From Planctomycetota bacterium (GTDB lineage: Bacteria > Planctomycetota > B15-G4 > SIAN01), in the NCBI GenBank assembly GCA_031409275.1, contig JANNXA010000051.1, forward strand, positions 160,001 through 224,000: a DNA stretch of 64,000 nt. The letters run 5' to 3'. Shown piece after piece: positions 19,641 through 34,784 of this stretch. The stretch's first letter is position 1; every line of letters starts with the position of its first letter. The notes beneath the pieces were generated by a model that searched no databases, had not been told where the DNA came from, and was given only the letters and a program-made list of their open reading frames with translations. Position numbers and translations under genes: made by a program.

Positions 19641-20278
19641 TCATTTCTCCTGGCCCCTGGTTTGATTGCGCCGAGCCTGCGAATGACCACCCGTGCGCGA
19701 ATCGCGCCGACCGGGTCGCTTCACAGAACCGACTACCGCGCATAGGCAAAGCGCGCCACCACTCACTCGACACACATCACGAGAATGGTGGTACATACGA
19801 TCCACATACGGCCATGAAGTATAGCATCCGGATCACCCCAGAAATACAGCTGCGATCAAACGCGGCCAATATGCCCGCATCGATCGGGAGCTCATGACTG
19901 CTCCGCGGAATGTCGTTCGCCGCCGATTCCACGTGATTGTGGCGCGTGTGAACGCACTCGGGCTCGGTTGGCGGGCTGGGCGTTGATGTCGGGTTCATGG
20001 CAACCGACAACTCCACCGGAACCGCACATCGACCGAAGTGAAGCAGAGCCGCCGGCGTCCTATCACGCACCCCCGCAAAAATGCGGCGCTGCACCGCGCT
20101 GGATTGTCCACCCGATTGCGCGACTGATTCACGCCCCCTGCTGAGTTTCGGCCCTGCGACTCCGCACTGCGCCTCGAACAGGAGCTTCATCCCCTGGGTG
20201 CTGGGGACCGACATCGTCGGAATGGCGTCCGACTCCGATCCAAAACCGCATCCCGTGCCGCGACGCAGGGAACGTGAA

Positions 20279-21583
20279 TCAGCTGCGCGACGGGTGATCG
20301 TCGGGACGGTAGTCCGAGGCCTCGACCACGAATCGTCGAAGCTGCCCCGCCAGACGCGCCGAAACGCGAGCCTTGATCCACACGGCGGAGGCGTCGTAGC
20401 GCAACTCCTCGATGTCCGCGCCCGCGCGCAACGCTGCGATCGACGCGCCCGCATCGTGAGGCAGTCGCAAATGCAGTTCACGATCCCCCGCGGTCGCCTC
20501 GGCCGCAACAAGACGTCGCAGCGAGTCAAGTCCGGCGCCGCTCCGAGCGGAAACGAGCAGTGCCGCGGTTCCAAAGCGAGCGAGGATGGCCGGATCGCCC
20601 ACGGCGTCGACCTTGTTCACGACGAGGCGCCGTGGACGATCGGCTGCACCGACCTGCGCAAGAACCTGCTCGACGGCGCTGACCAACAGATGCGAATCGG
20701 CTCGCGATCCATCCACGACGTGGAGCAGCAAGTCCGCCTCGAGCGCCTCCTGGAGCGTGGCATGAAATGAGGCGATCAGATGATGCGGCAGCTCGCGAAC
20801 GAACCCTACCGTGTCAGAAAGCAGCACGGTGCATCCAGCCGCAGGGCGCCACACGCTGGTCTTGGTGTCGAGCGTCGTGAATGGCCGGTTCTCGGCGATC
20901 TCGTTCGAACGGGTCAGCGTGTTGAACAAGGTCGATTTGCCGGCATTCGTGTAGCCGATCAGCCCGACCGTGAACCGTTCGTTGCGGCCCTCGCGACGAA
21001 GGGCGTGGGATCGCTCGATCTGCGCGATGCGGCGGCGCCGATCGGAGATCTTCTTCTCGATCTCGCGGCGATCGAGTTCGAGCTGCGTCTCGCCTGGGCC
21101 GCGCATGCCGATGCCGCCCTTGTATCGATCAAGATGCGTCCACATCCGCTTGAGCCGGGGCAGCGAGTACTCGAGCTGAGCAAGCTCGACCTGCAACCGC
21201 GCCTGATGCGTGCGCGCACGGAGCGCGAACAGGTCCATGATCAGCTGTGACCGATCGATCACGCGCAAGCCGAGACGCTTCTCGAGGTTGACCCCCTGCG
21301 CAGGCGTCAGATCACAGCCGAAGATGATCAGCTTCGACTGGCTCGATTCCGCGAGCTGACGCAACTCTTCGACTCGCCCGGCACCGAGGCACGTCGCCCG
21401 ATCGGGCTGCCGCCGGTTCTGTCGCAGCTCCGCGACGACCGTGGCCCCCGCCGCATCCGCAAGCGAATGCAGTTCGTCCATGGCATCCTCGGGCTCGATC
21501 GGATCGTCGGGAAGCGAGATGCAGACAATGACGGCTCGCTCGATCTCGACGACGGGACGCGCGCGATCGATGGCACGGCTCAC
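20279..21583 (-). CDS. hflX: Ribosome-splitting GTPase HflX
   Basis: DRSQLIMDLFA, LQVELAQLEY, RGPGETQLE, GYTNAGKST, SDTVGF, NKVD; GTGA overlap with nadB. Confidence 0.97.
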   Translation of the reverse strand: MSRAIDRARPVVEIERAVIVCISLPDDPIEPEDAMDELHSLADAAGATVVAELRQNRRQPDRATCLGAGRVEELRQLAESSQSKLIIFGCDLTPAQGVNLEKRLGLRVIDRSQLIMDLFALRARTHQARLQVELAQLEYSLPRLKRMWTHLDRYKGGIGMRGPGETQLELDRREIEKKISDRRRRIAQIERSHALRREGRNERFTVGLIGYTNAGKSTLFNTLTRSNEIAENRPFTTLDTKTSVWRPAAGCTVLLSDTVGFVRELPHHLIASFHATLQEALEADLLLHVVDGSRADSHLLVSAVEQVLAQVGAADRPRRLVVNKVDAVGDPAILARFGTAALLVSARSGAGLDSLRRLVAAEATAGDRELHLRLPHDAGASIAALRAGADIEELRYDASAVWIKARVSARLAGQLRRFVVEASDYRPDDHPSRS

Positions 21584-23250
21584 TCACCGAACTCCAGGGG
21601 GAGAGGCTTTGTCGGGTCGACCTCGCCGATCGGCTGACGACTGACCTCGATGTCCCCGGCAGCGCTCCGTTTGAGGGTCAGATCGGCGCGCCAGCGCGGA
21701 TCGTCCCGTTCTGGCAGGTCCGACCGGAAATGCGTGCCGCGGCTCTCGTCTCGCTCGCGAGCGGCACGCGTGATGAGCCTTGCGACGGTGAGAACGTTGC
21801 GCAGTTCCCAGTCGCTCGGCTCAGGACGACCGAATCGATCGGCTCCGTGCTGCCACGCTTCGAGTCGACGCTCCGCCTCCGCGAGATCGAGACCGTTCCG
21901 GACCAGCCCGACCCGCTTCCACATCAGGGACTTGATCGAGTTCGACAGGTCACTGGTCGAGAAATCGCGATCCTCCGTACGCTCTTCCCGCCGTGCGGCC
22001 GAGAACTCGTCGCCGAGATCGACGAGACGCGCCTCTCCAGCGGCAACGCCGCCTGCGTGATCGCCGAGGACGAGGCCCTCGAGCAGTGAGTTCGAAGCCA
22101 GGCGGTTTGCGCCGTGGAGGCCGCTGCACGCGACTTCCCCCACCGCGAACAAATGGCCGATCGTCGTATGGCCGTCTGCGTCGACGGTGGCGCCGCCGAT
22201 CATGTAATGAGCCGCAGGCGTCACCGGAATCAGGTCTCGCGTGATGTCGAGACCAAACGTGAGGCAGACTCGGTGAATTCGGGGAAAGCGCTGGCGCACG
22301 AAAGCTGGCGGCAGATGCCGAAGGTCGAGATAGACGTTCGGATGACGCGTCTTGACCATCTGCTCGAGCACCGCCCGGCTCAAGAAGTCACGAGGAGCGA
22401 GCTCGCCACGCGGATGGATGTCGTGCATGAACGCGACGCCGTTGCAGTCGCGCAGCAGCCCGCCCTCGCCCCGGGCAGCCTCGGAGATGAGCAGTCGTGA
22501 GCTACCGGCGACATAAAGGGTCGTCGGATGGAATTGCATGAACTCCATCCCGCGCACTGCAGCACCGGCGCGAAACAGCATCGCGTGCCCGTCGCCGGTG
22601 GCGATCTCGGGATTCGTCGTCTCACGAAACACCTGGCCGCAGCCGCCGGTCGCGCAGATCAGCGCGCCGGCACGGACGATCGAGAGCTGACCGCCACGGA
22701 ACAGGAGCAACCCGGTGACGCGTCCGTCTCGAAGGATCAGGTCGAGCGCAAAAGCATGCTCGAGGACCGTGATGCGAGGCGTCCGCCGGACCCGATCGAC
22801 CAGAACTCGCTGGATCTCCCGGCCCGTCCCATCCCCCATGGCGTGGACGATGCGTTCGGCGGAGTGTCCTCCCTCGAGCCCGAGGGCAATCCGCCCGTCG
22901 GGCTGGCGATCGAACTGACCGCCCCATTCGATCAGGCGTTCGATCGCGCGCGGCCCGCCCTCAACTACGCGCCGAACGACCACCTCGTGGCATAGCCCCT
23001 GCCCGACCTCAAGAGTGTCTTCACCATGCGCGGCGACGGTGTCACCGTCGCCGAAAACTGCCGCGATGCCGCCCTGCGCGTAGTCTGTGTTCGAGTCCGA
23101 GAGCCAGGACTTCGTCACGAGCAGCACGTCGCTGGTGCGGGCCGCTGAGATCGCGGCAGACAGCCCGGCCACTCCACTCCCGATCACGACCACGGGCGCG
23201 GACTCGGTGGGAACGTTGGAGCGCGGAAGAGCCTCGAGCCATCGCTGCAT
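21580..23250 (-). CDS. nadB: L-aspartate oxidase
   Basis: IGSGVAGL, YAQGGIAA, EGGHS, QFHPT, SEAARGEG, GLHGANRLASNSLLEG, ESRGTH; ATG at 23250. Confidence 0.96.
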   Translation of the reverse strand: MQRWLEALPRSNVPTESAPVVVIGSGVAGLSAAISAARTSDVLLVTKSWLSDSNTDYAQGGIAAVFGDGDTVAAHGEDTLEVGQGLCHEVVVRRVVEGGPRAIERLIEWGGQFDRQPDGRIALGLEGGHSAERIVHAMGDGTGREIQRVLVDRVRRTPRITVLEHAFALDLILRDGRVTGLLLFRGGQLSIVRAGALICATGGCGQVFRETTNPEIATGDGHAMLFRAGAAVRGMEFMQFHPTTLYVAGSSRLLISEAARGEGGLLRDCNGVAFMHDIHPRGELAPRDFLSRAVLEQMVKTRHPNVYLDLRHLPPAFVRQRFPRIHRVCLTFGLDITRDLIPVTPAAHYMIGGATVDADGHTTIGHLFAVGEVACSGLHGANRLASNSLLEGLVLGDHAGGVAAGEARLVDLGDEFSAARREERTEDRDFSTSDLSNSIKSLMWKRVGLVRNGLDLAEAERRLEAWQHGADRFGRPEPSDWELRNVLTVARLITRAARERDESRGTHFRSDLPERDDPRWRADLTLKRSAAGDIEVSRQPIGEVDPTKPLPLEFGE

Positions 23251-23721
23251 CGCGTATCCCGAAAACGACCCACCGGAAACCAAGAACGCCGTCAAGCCTC
23301 GCCGAAATCGAGGCGTCAATCGACGCGCCACGATACGTCGCAAAGACGCTTCGTGAGCCAAGAGACCGAGCCGGCGTCGCAGCTGCAACGGAGTGCACGG
23401 AGACCGACAACCTAGCGCGCCCCGCGATCCGATCGGAGACGGATCCGCCGAAAGTGCGTGATCCGTGAAAACAGGGCCGACTGACAGTAGTGAACGCAAG
23501 AACGGCGGCGATCGTCGCAATTGCGACCAGACCGGATCGGATTCACCCGAGCCCGACCGAGCTTCACGACTTCCCAAGACGCCGCGCGGTCCGACGCGAA
23601 TCGACAGCGAACGAGCGCGCCTCGACCGGTGAATCCGAAGAACGCCTACTCGAAACTTCGCGGACCGGGAGAGACAAGGAACCGCTCGTCGACGTTGGAT
23701 CGATGTTGGATCGATCGACGC

Positions 23722-23752
23722 GCGAACGGCGGTGCGAACGGCGGTGCGAACG
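23722..23752. repeat. 12-bp tandem repeat (GCGAACGGCGGT, about 2.5 copies)
   Basis: Seen directly in intergenic DNA. Confidence 0.6.
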
Positions 23753-23789
23753 CAGCGCCAGACTGTCTGAATCGAGAACCTGTCGGGAC

Positions 23790-23822
23790 AAAAAAAAACG
23801 CCTGATGCATACGCATCAGGCG
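23790..23822 (-). terminator. Intrinsic terminator of the rrn operon
   Basis: CGCCTGATGC-GTAT-GCATCAGGCG followed by T9 on the minus strand, just after 5S. Confidence 0.9.
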
Positions 23823-23837
23823 CCATAAATCTAGAAA

Positions 23838-23949
23838 GCCCGGCAACAACCTACTTTCTCGGAGTGACCCAATATCATCGGCGCTAGCTGCTTAACTTCC
23901 GTGTTCGAGAAGGGAACGGGTGTATCCAGCCAGCTATGGTCACCGGGCA
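23838..23949 (-). rRNA. rrf: 5S rRNA
   Basis: Reverse complement has CCCGTTCCCTTCTCGAACACGGAAGTTAAGC and GAAAGTAGG; termini pair (GCCCGG). Confidence 0.95.
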
Positions 23950-24041
23950 TTTTGTGATTTTAGTAAAAACCTAGTAGCACAAGGATCGATGTCCAATTCA
24001 TTGGACCATGACCGCCCCGCATCGCGGGGCGATAGAAAAGC

Positions 24042-27045
<3,004 letters not shown>

Positions 27046-27162
27046 ACTTTTCTTTAATTTTAGCGCGCTCGAGTTTCGCATTTCATTCATGCGCTTCTTT
27101 CGACAGACAAACTGAGTCTTAGTTTGATACTTGTGCCACTAGGTTTTCAAAGAACGTAAAAA

Positions 27163-27238
27163 TGGTGGAGGCGACAGGATTCGAACCCGCGACCCCCAGC
27201 TTGCAAAGCTGGTGCTCTACCAACTGAGCTACACCCCC
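27163..27238 (-). tRNA. tRNA-Ala (TGC)
   Basis: GGGGGTGTAGCTCAG...TTGCAA...TTCGAAT...TCCACCA; G3:U70 pair; encoded CCA. Confidence 0.97.
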
Positions 27239-27305
27239 ATTCGAAGGCGCAAAGCAGGGAGCCGCGGTCGACGATGCCCGGTTGGACGAACCAGGATGCA
27301 CCCGA

Positions 27306-27382
27306 TGGTGCACCCGAGTGGATTCGAACCACTTACCTCGCGCTTATCAGGCGCGTGCTCAAACCAGCTGAGCTACGGGTGC
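27306..27382 (-). tRNA. tRNA-Ile (GAT)
   Basis: GCACCCGTAGCTCAG...CTGATAA...TTCGAAT...GGGTGCACCA. Confidence 0.97.
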
Positions 27383-27504
27383 GGGCATGCAGACATCTCA
27401 GCAGACAAGCTGCCGAGAAAAAGGACAGAGAGGCCTGACCGATGAGTACTGGTCGACAGTGCTTGCATCGCCGAAGCGATGCAGCCAAGGTGTTACATCC
27501 TTAG

Positions 27505-29050
<1,546 letters not shown>

Positions 29051-29204
29051 TTTTCTTTGTGAATTTGATTCTGTATTTAATTCTTGTGAGCCACGCACGA
29101 CCCTGCAAAGGGACCGCGCGTAGCTCGGTCGCGGCACTCTGAGCAAAGCACGAGGCTTCGCACGAGAGTGCGGCATTCAGCACTCAAAGGTCAGGCTTCC
29201 CTGT

Positions 29205-29216
29205 CTGTCAAAGATC
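29205..29216 (-). promoter_or_regulatory. rrn leader boxA-like antitermination element
   Basis: GATCTTTGACAG on the minus strand; a second one (GTTCTTTGAAAA) precedes 23S at ~27144-27155. Confidence 0.6.
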
Positions 29217-29336
29217 TTGTCGCGGCCGCTTTGGCCGACCACCCCTTTCCCGGGGCGGTTTGCTGAGATCGAGGAGCGCGTGCGTGACACGCGTTGCACC
29301 CGTTAGGGCGCCTCTTCGGTCTTCAGCGGGGCGGAT

Positions 29337-29384
29337 ACTGTAAGCCCCAACGCGCTTCGTTCAAGAGGGTCATTATTTTTTTTT
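29337..29384 (-). promoter_or_regulatory. rrn sigma70 promoter
   Basis: A-tract UP element (29372-29384), -35 TTGAAC, 16-bp spacer, -10 TACAGT, GC-rich discriminator. Confidence 0.8.
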
Positions 29385-30878
29385 GGCCCTGCGGCGGCGT
29401 CTGATTTTCGGATTCCGAACCATCCGCGTTGCCGGCAGCCGCGCCGGTCGAGCCCGGCCTGCGGACCGGGGCGAGGCTCTCTCCCAGCCCCTCTCTCCCA
29501 GCCCCGAGTTCGAGCGTGGCCCGGCGGGGCTTCTCAACGGCGGCACCCGCCGGTCCCGCCGCTCGCTCGGATGCGCCCGTTCGACTCAGAACCTGGCGCG
29601 CCGACGCGGGAGATCCTCGCTCTAGCTCTGGGCCTGTCTGCTCCACGAGTGGGCGCCCGCCGTACCGAGCCGTTCGATCGATCGCGCTTCGACTCGGTGA
29701 CGCACGCGCGCCCCGCGGCTGCGCTTCGATCGCCCCTTTGCGCGACGGCGGAGCCTCCGTCTGGTGAACGCCGTCGAAGGTGGACTCTTTGGGCGAGTCT
29801 GGTCGCTGCCCGGTCGGGACGGCGGGCCGGGACTCGCGTTCGACGCTTCGAGGTCGACCAACCGCAGCGGAAACCACCCGCGGGCGGCCGACGACGTGTG
29901 ATTCGAAGCGCTGATCCGCACCGCCAGGCTGACGGTCCCGACGCCGACCGCGAGCCGCGCTCTCGTCGCGCAGCGACCGATCGGCTCAGTCGATTTCGAT
30001 CCTGCGGTTCCGCCCCCGAGTGGTTGAGCTGGGTCGCGGGGCGCGTTGGCGGCCGCCCATCCCGCGCCCTCGCCAACTGCTCGCAGCGCCGGCTCCGGGC
30101 GACTCTGAGTCGGTGGAACGCGCCGTCGGCGCTCCCGATCGCGCCTAGGGGCTGAAGTGGTCGTGCCTGCTCCCTTTCCGCTGGCGCGCCCTAGTTTTCT
30201 TTCGAACTGCCGCAGCGCGGCCGTGCCGCCTCCCGGAGAAATCCCCGCGTCGTAGGCTCGTGGGTTTTGATGCGGGGCGTTGGGGAAGTTAGTTGCCCGC
30301 TCTCCGGAGAGTCGTCGAGACGGTCCAACAGGCACCTGCTCGAAGGAGGCCTCCAGTGCCGCGAACGCCTCTCCGGGCGGCGACCTGGGGCCATCGGCGG
30401 CGAATCGAGCGTCTCTTGGCGCGAGGCCTCGAAAGTCGCTGCAGGCCTCCCCACGACCCACGATCACGCCTCGTTCACGATCCCCGCTGAGCCTCGGCCG
30501 CGATGCCGCGCTTCGCAGCGCCGCCGAAGCGAAAGCGAAGTTTCAGCGGCCTTCCGTGCCCTTCGGTCGCGCTTCGATCACGACCGGGATCTTGCTCCGC
30601 GCTCTAGCGGGGGCGGGCCGACGGTCCGCAACAGCGGCCCGCGGACGATGCGCTGCGCCTGAGTCCTGGGTCCCGCCGCGACGCCGCTGTCGATGAAAAC
30701 GAAGCCGGCTGCCCGCAGATGCGAGCAGCCGGCTTGGCCACGCGGAAAAGTCGATCGATTCAGAGCGACGAGTTGAATGCCCGCTGCCTTCGACCGGCTG
30801 CGGCGACCCGTGACTTCGGCGGTGTCGAGCGCCCGCACGCGGTCTCGCGGCGCGACGCGTTCATTCGGCTCGGAGCTC

Positions 30879-31925
30879 TCAGGCGCGAATCGTCACCACC
30901 ACGCCTTCCGAGATCCACTCGAAGAGCTCTTCCACCTCGCGATTGTGCATGCGCACGCAGCCGTTCGAAGACTCGGTGCCGATCGAGTCGTCATCGCGCG
31001 TGCCGTGGATGCCAAACGTCGCCGCTTCCGGAAAGCCTTCCTTTTCCGCGAACCCGAGCCAACGGGTCCCGAGGATGTTCTCCGGGTTTTCGGGCGGCAG
31101 CGGACCAACACCTGGCTTGATCCACATCGGATCAGTCAGGCGAGTCTTGATCTTGAAGTCGCCCTCTGGAGTCTTGTTGTTCTTGCCGAGCCCCACCTGG
31201 AAGCGTCGCAACATCAAGTCGCCGATGAAGACGTCGAGGCGGAACTTCGACTTCTCGACGACGATCGAGACCGGGACGTTCGGGATCTTGAGCTTCGCGC
31301 CGGGGTAGATGTTGTCGCCCGTCAATCCGTTCAGCAGTCGCACCAGGCCCGGAGTGACCGTGACGTGGCCCTCTTTCTCGGCGCGCTTGCAGATGGCCCA
31401 CAAGCTGTCGCCCTTCTTCACTTCGACCCGCATGCAGAGGTCATCGATCCGTGGGTTCAGCAGCCCGCGTTGATTCGCCTCGACAAGGGCCAGGTACGCC
31501 TTCTCGTCAGCGGCACGATCGAGCGCGCCGCTCTTCAACGCGTCCGTGAGCAGGCGCGCCTGCTCGATCGGGTTGTTGCTCTTCGCCGCCTGATCGACGA
31601 GCGAGGCCGCCTTCTGGCGAGCCTCTCCTTCGGCGAGCGTGACCGCGCCGCCGGGTCGGTCTTCGTCTTTCGCTGGCGTCGCGATCGGTGTCACCGACGA
31701 TTCGAGTTCGGCCGCGATCGCCTGTGGCGCGTCGGCTTCGGGGAGTTCGTCGCCATCGACGATCGGCGCGTCCGCAGCGTCGGAAGTCTCGACCTCTTCG
31801 CGACCGGCGTCGTCGACCTTGTTCGCGGTCGGCGACGATGGCGGCTCCGCGTCGCGGCGCCACATCTTCATCGCGCCCGCGGTCCCAACCCCGATCAACA
31901 ACAACGCCACCAGCCACGTCCGCAT
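30879..31925 (-). CDS. LysM-containing L,D-transpeptidase (YkuD family)
   Basis: N-terminal TM; LysM VKKGDSLWAI..IYPGAKLKIP; catalytic FGIHGT..SSNGCVRM. Confidence 0.93.
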   Translation of the reverse strand: MRTWLVALLLIGVGTAGAMKMWRRDAEPPSSPTANKVDDAGREEVETSDAADAPIVDGDELPEADAPQAIAAELESSVTPIATPAKDEDRPGGAVTLAEGEARQKAASLVDQAAKSNNPIEQARLLTDALKSGALDRAADEKAYLALVEANQRGLLNPRIDDLCMRVEVKKGDSLWAICKRAEKEGHVTVTPGLVRLLNGLTGDNIYPGAKLKIPNVPVSIVVEKSKFRLDVFIGDLMLRRFQVGLGKNNKTPEGDFKIKTRLTDPMWIKPGVGPLPPENPENILGTRWLGFAEKEGFPEAATFGIHGTRDDDSIGTESSNGCVRMHNREVEELFEWISEGVVVTIRA

Positions 31926-32114
31926 GACCGCCCCTCCCTCGCGCTTGTCGCGAATCCCACCCCACCACGGATGAGTCTCGCACTGCCGCCGACCGACGTC
32001 GACGAAGCGGCGGGAATCTAGCAACCGTGGCGGCGCCGGCTAGCCACCCCCGCATCCACGACGGTTCGCAGCGCCGATTCGGGCACCTGCCCCAACTCCG
32101 CCCTTCGAAAAAAG

Positions 32115-32298
32115 ACCTCCGCCTGAGTGCCGTCGCCCATGGTGCGAACTTTGAACCCGACAACGAGGTGGGCGCCTACCCGGCTCGCGAAGAAGTCCGT
32201 CTCAAGGTAGGACGGCTGGACTTGCTGCCGAGGAGTCGGCTCCCAAGTTGATTCGTCAAGGTCAAAGAATTGACGCGAGCGTCGAACACGGCAGAGGT
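32115..32298 (-). ncRNA. ssrS: 6S RNA
   Basis: ACCTCTGCCGTGTTCG..TTTGACCT..TGGGAGCC..GCCCACCT..GGGTTCAAA..GGCGGAGGT with paired ends, then T6; downstream of pheT. Confidence 0.85.
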
Positions 32299-32386
32299 GC
32301 TTCGATCATTGCCGTCGACTCACCCGCGAACCGCCTGGTGCGCCGACGCGCCGAATATAGCCCTCGATCAAGGCTCCGCTCGCGCG

Positions 32387-34783
32387 TCAGCTCCGCAGTC
32401 GGATGCCTCGCGCGGCAAGGCTGGCGACGATGCGCTGCTGGATCGGCTCGATCTCGGCGTCGGTCAAGGTGCGATCGTCGACGCGGTACACGAGTCGGAA
32501 CGCGAGCGACCGCTGGCCGGGCTCGATCCCCTTGCCTCGGTAGACGTCGAACAGCTCGATCGACAGCAGCGGCCCCCCGGCCGCGGAACGAATCACCTGC
32601 TCGACCGTCGCGACTTCGATCCCGTCGGGCGTGATCAACGCCAGATCGCGACGGGTCGGTGGGAACGTCGACAGGGAGCGCATTCGCCGCACCGAGCGCG
32701 CAACGGTCGCCAGCTTCTCGAGGTCGAGCTCGGCCAAGGCGGCGCGCTCGTTGATGTCGAAGCGCCGCGCCATTTCGGGATGGAGCTGGGCGAGCACTCC
32801 GACGACGGCTCCCTCGACCACCACCTCGATCGCGCGGCCAGGATGGGCGAACGGCGGAGGAGCGACCGCCGTGCGCCCCTGCCAGGCGACTCCGAGGCGG
32901 GCGAGGCAGCGTTCGACGTCGCCTCGAAGCTGAAGCACCAGCGCTTCCGCGTCGGCGTTTCGCTCGCAGCGCAGCAGCGCGGCGACACGCCGCTCGTGCG
33001 GTAACCCGTCGTTCTCGGCCGCCGGCAGCGGGTGGTACTCGCGCCCGCATTCGAACAGTCGCACGTCATCGAATTCGGCGAGGTTCCGCCGGGCGGCATC
33101 GAGCAGCCCGGGAGCGAGGCTCCGACGCATCCGCGTCGAATCGACGGTCAGCGAGTTGCGCAACTTGACGAATGGGCCGCCCGTGTCGCCGCCGTGGTAG
33201 AGCTCGACGTGGCGGTCGGTGGCGAAGGAATATCCAAGCGTCTCCGCGTAGGCGCACTCGTCCACCAGCGTGCGCACCAGTCGGCGCTCGATGGCCCGCG
33301 CCGGCGCGATCATTGGCGGCTTCACGGCGAGTCGAGGCAAGGACGGCTCGATGCGCTCGTAGCCCGAAAGACGGCCCACCTCCTCGATCAGGTCGTCCTC
33401 GTTCGTGACGTCGCGCCGTGACCGATGCGACGGAACGGTGACCGCGAGGCGCTCACCGTCGACGCGCACCTCGAATCCGATCGACTGCAGCTGCGACGCG
33501 ATCTCCGCGTCGGAGAGCTCGATCCCGAGCTTCGCGCGCGCACGCGACGGCCGCAGCGCGACCGACGGCGTGCGCGGATGCGAGCCGCCCGCCGCGGCGA
33601 ATCCCGGCTGCACGCGCACCGCCGGCGCGATCTGCTTCAGCAGCCACGCGTACCGTCGCAGCGCCTGTTCGGGCAACGCCGCGTCGAGCGTCTTCTCGAA
33701 GCGCGCGACCGCCTCGCTGCGCAATCCGAGTCGGGACGAGGTCTTGCGCACGCGCGCCGCCTCGAAACTCGCCGATTCGAGCAGCAGCCGTCGAGTCGTC
33801 GGACCGACCTCGCTCTCGTGGCCCCCCATCACGCCCGCGATGGCGATCGCACGTTCACCGTCGGCGATCACGAGGTCTTCGCCATCGAGGTCGCGCACCA
33901 CGCCATCGAGCGTGGTCAGCTTCTCGCCGGGCCGCCCGCGCCGAACGACGACCTTGCGTCCGCGCAACTTCTCCTCGTCGAAGGGATGAGTCGGCTGGCC
34001 GATCTCGAGCATCACGTAGTTGCTGAGATCGACGAGGAGCGACAACGGACGCATCCCTGCGGCTTCGAGTCGACGCGCCATCCACGGCGGCGTCGGCGGC
34101 ACCGAGTCGATCTCGATCCGGAGCGCGAGGTAGCACGGACACCCGACCGGGTCGTCGATGCGAACCGGAAAGGAGGATGGATCGGGGCGCAGCGCGGCGT
34201 CGACCGGCAGCTGCTTCAGCCCGCGGCCGAAGATCGCCGCGAGTTCGCGCGCGAAACCGTAGTGCCCCCACAGATCCGCGCGGTGGGTGATCGACTTGTT
34301 GTCGATCTCGAGCACGCTGTCGCGCACCCCCCAATAGTCGGCGAACGGCGCCCCGACGGGCGCATCGTCCGGAAGGACGAGGATGCCGTCATGCCCGCCC
34401 CCGAGCCCGAGTTCATCGGTGGAGCAGATCATCCCGTTGCTGAGCTGGCCGCGGATCTTGCGCGCCTCGAGCGTGAGCCCGTTGGGCAGCGTGCAGCCGA
34501 CCGGTGCGTAGGCGATCTTCTGTCCGGCGGCCACGTTGGGCGCACCGCAGACGACTTCGATCGGCCCAGCTCCGGCATCGACGCGGCAGCAGGAGAGTCG
34601 GTCGGCGTTCGGGTGCTTTTCGCGCTCGAGGACGTGTCCGACCTTGACCTGTTCGAGGCCGGCGCCGCGTCGCTCGATCCCCTCGATCAGCGCCGTCTTC
34701 ATCGTGAGCTTGCGCGCGATCTCGTCGGGATCGAGCCCGTCGAGATCGACATGGTCCGCCAGCCAGCGCAACGAGAGCTTCAT
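32387..34783 (-). CDS. pheT: Phenylalanyl-tRNA synthetase beta subunit
   Basis: HPNADRL, VVCGAPNV, SNGMICS, DLIEEVGR, FDVYRG. Confidence 0.98.
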   Translation of the reverse strand: MKLSLRWLADHVDLDGLDPDEIARKLTMKTALIEGIERRGAGLEQVKVGHVLEREKHPNADRLSCCRVDAGAGPIEVVCGAPNVAAGQKIAYAPVGCTLPNGLTLEARKIRGQLSNGMICSTDELGLGGGHDGILVLPDDAPVGAPFADYWGVRDSVLEIDNKSITHRADLWGHYGFARELAAIFGRGLKQLPVDAALRPDPSSFPVRIDDPVGCPCYLALRIEIDSVPPTPPWMARRLEAAGMRPLSLLVDLSNYVMLEIGQPTHPFDEEKLRGRKVVVRRGRPGEKLTTLDGVVRDLDGEDLVIADGERAIAIAGVMGGHESEVGPTTRRLLLESASFEAARVRKTSSRLGLRSEAVARFEKTLDAALPEQALRRYAWLLKQIAPAVRVQPGFAAAGGSHPRTPSVALRPSRARAKLGIELSDAEIASQLQSIGFEVRVDGERLAVTVPSHRSRRDVTNEDDLIEEVGRLSGYERIEPSLPRLAVKPPMIAPARAIERRLVRTLVDECAYAETLGYSFATDRHVELYHGGDTGGPFVKLRNSLTVDSTRMRRSLAPGLLDAARRNLAEFDDVRLFECGREYHPLPAAENDGLPHERRVAALLRCERNADAEALVLQLRGDVERCLARLGVAWQGRTAVAPPPFAHPGRAIEVVVEGAVVGVLAQLHPEMARRFDINERAALAELDLEKLATVARSVRRMRSLSTFPPTRRDLALITPDGIEVATVEQVIRSAAGGPLLSIELFDVYRGKGIEPGQRSLAFRLVYRVDDRTLTDAEIEPIQQRIVASLAARGIRLRS

Positions 34784-34784
34784 C

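Noticed and set aside
19777..20770. ORFs 19777-20574 (-) and 20081-20770 (+)
   Set aside because: They overlap hflX, have no recognisable motifs and show atypical composition.
23722..23752. Tandem repeat considered as a CRISPR remnant
   Set aside because: 12-bp units with no spacers, and no cas genes in the window.
23251..23826. 192-aa N-terminal extension of nadB
   Set aside because: Not protein-like, and it runs across the rrn terminator; NadB motifs begin after ATG 23250.
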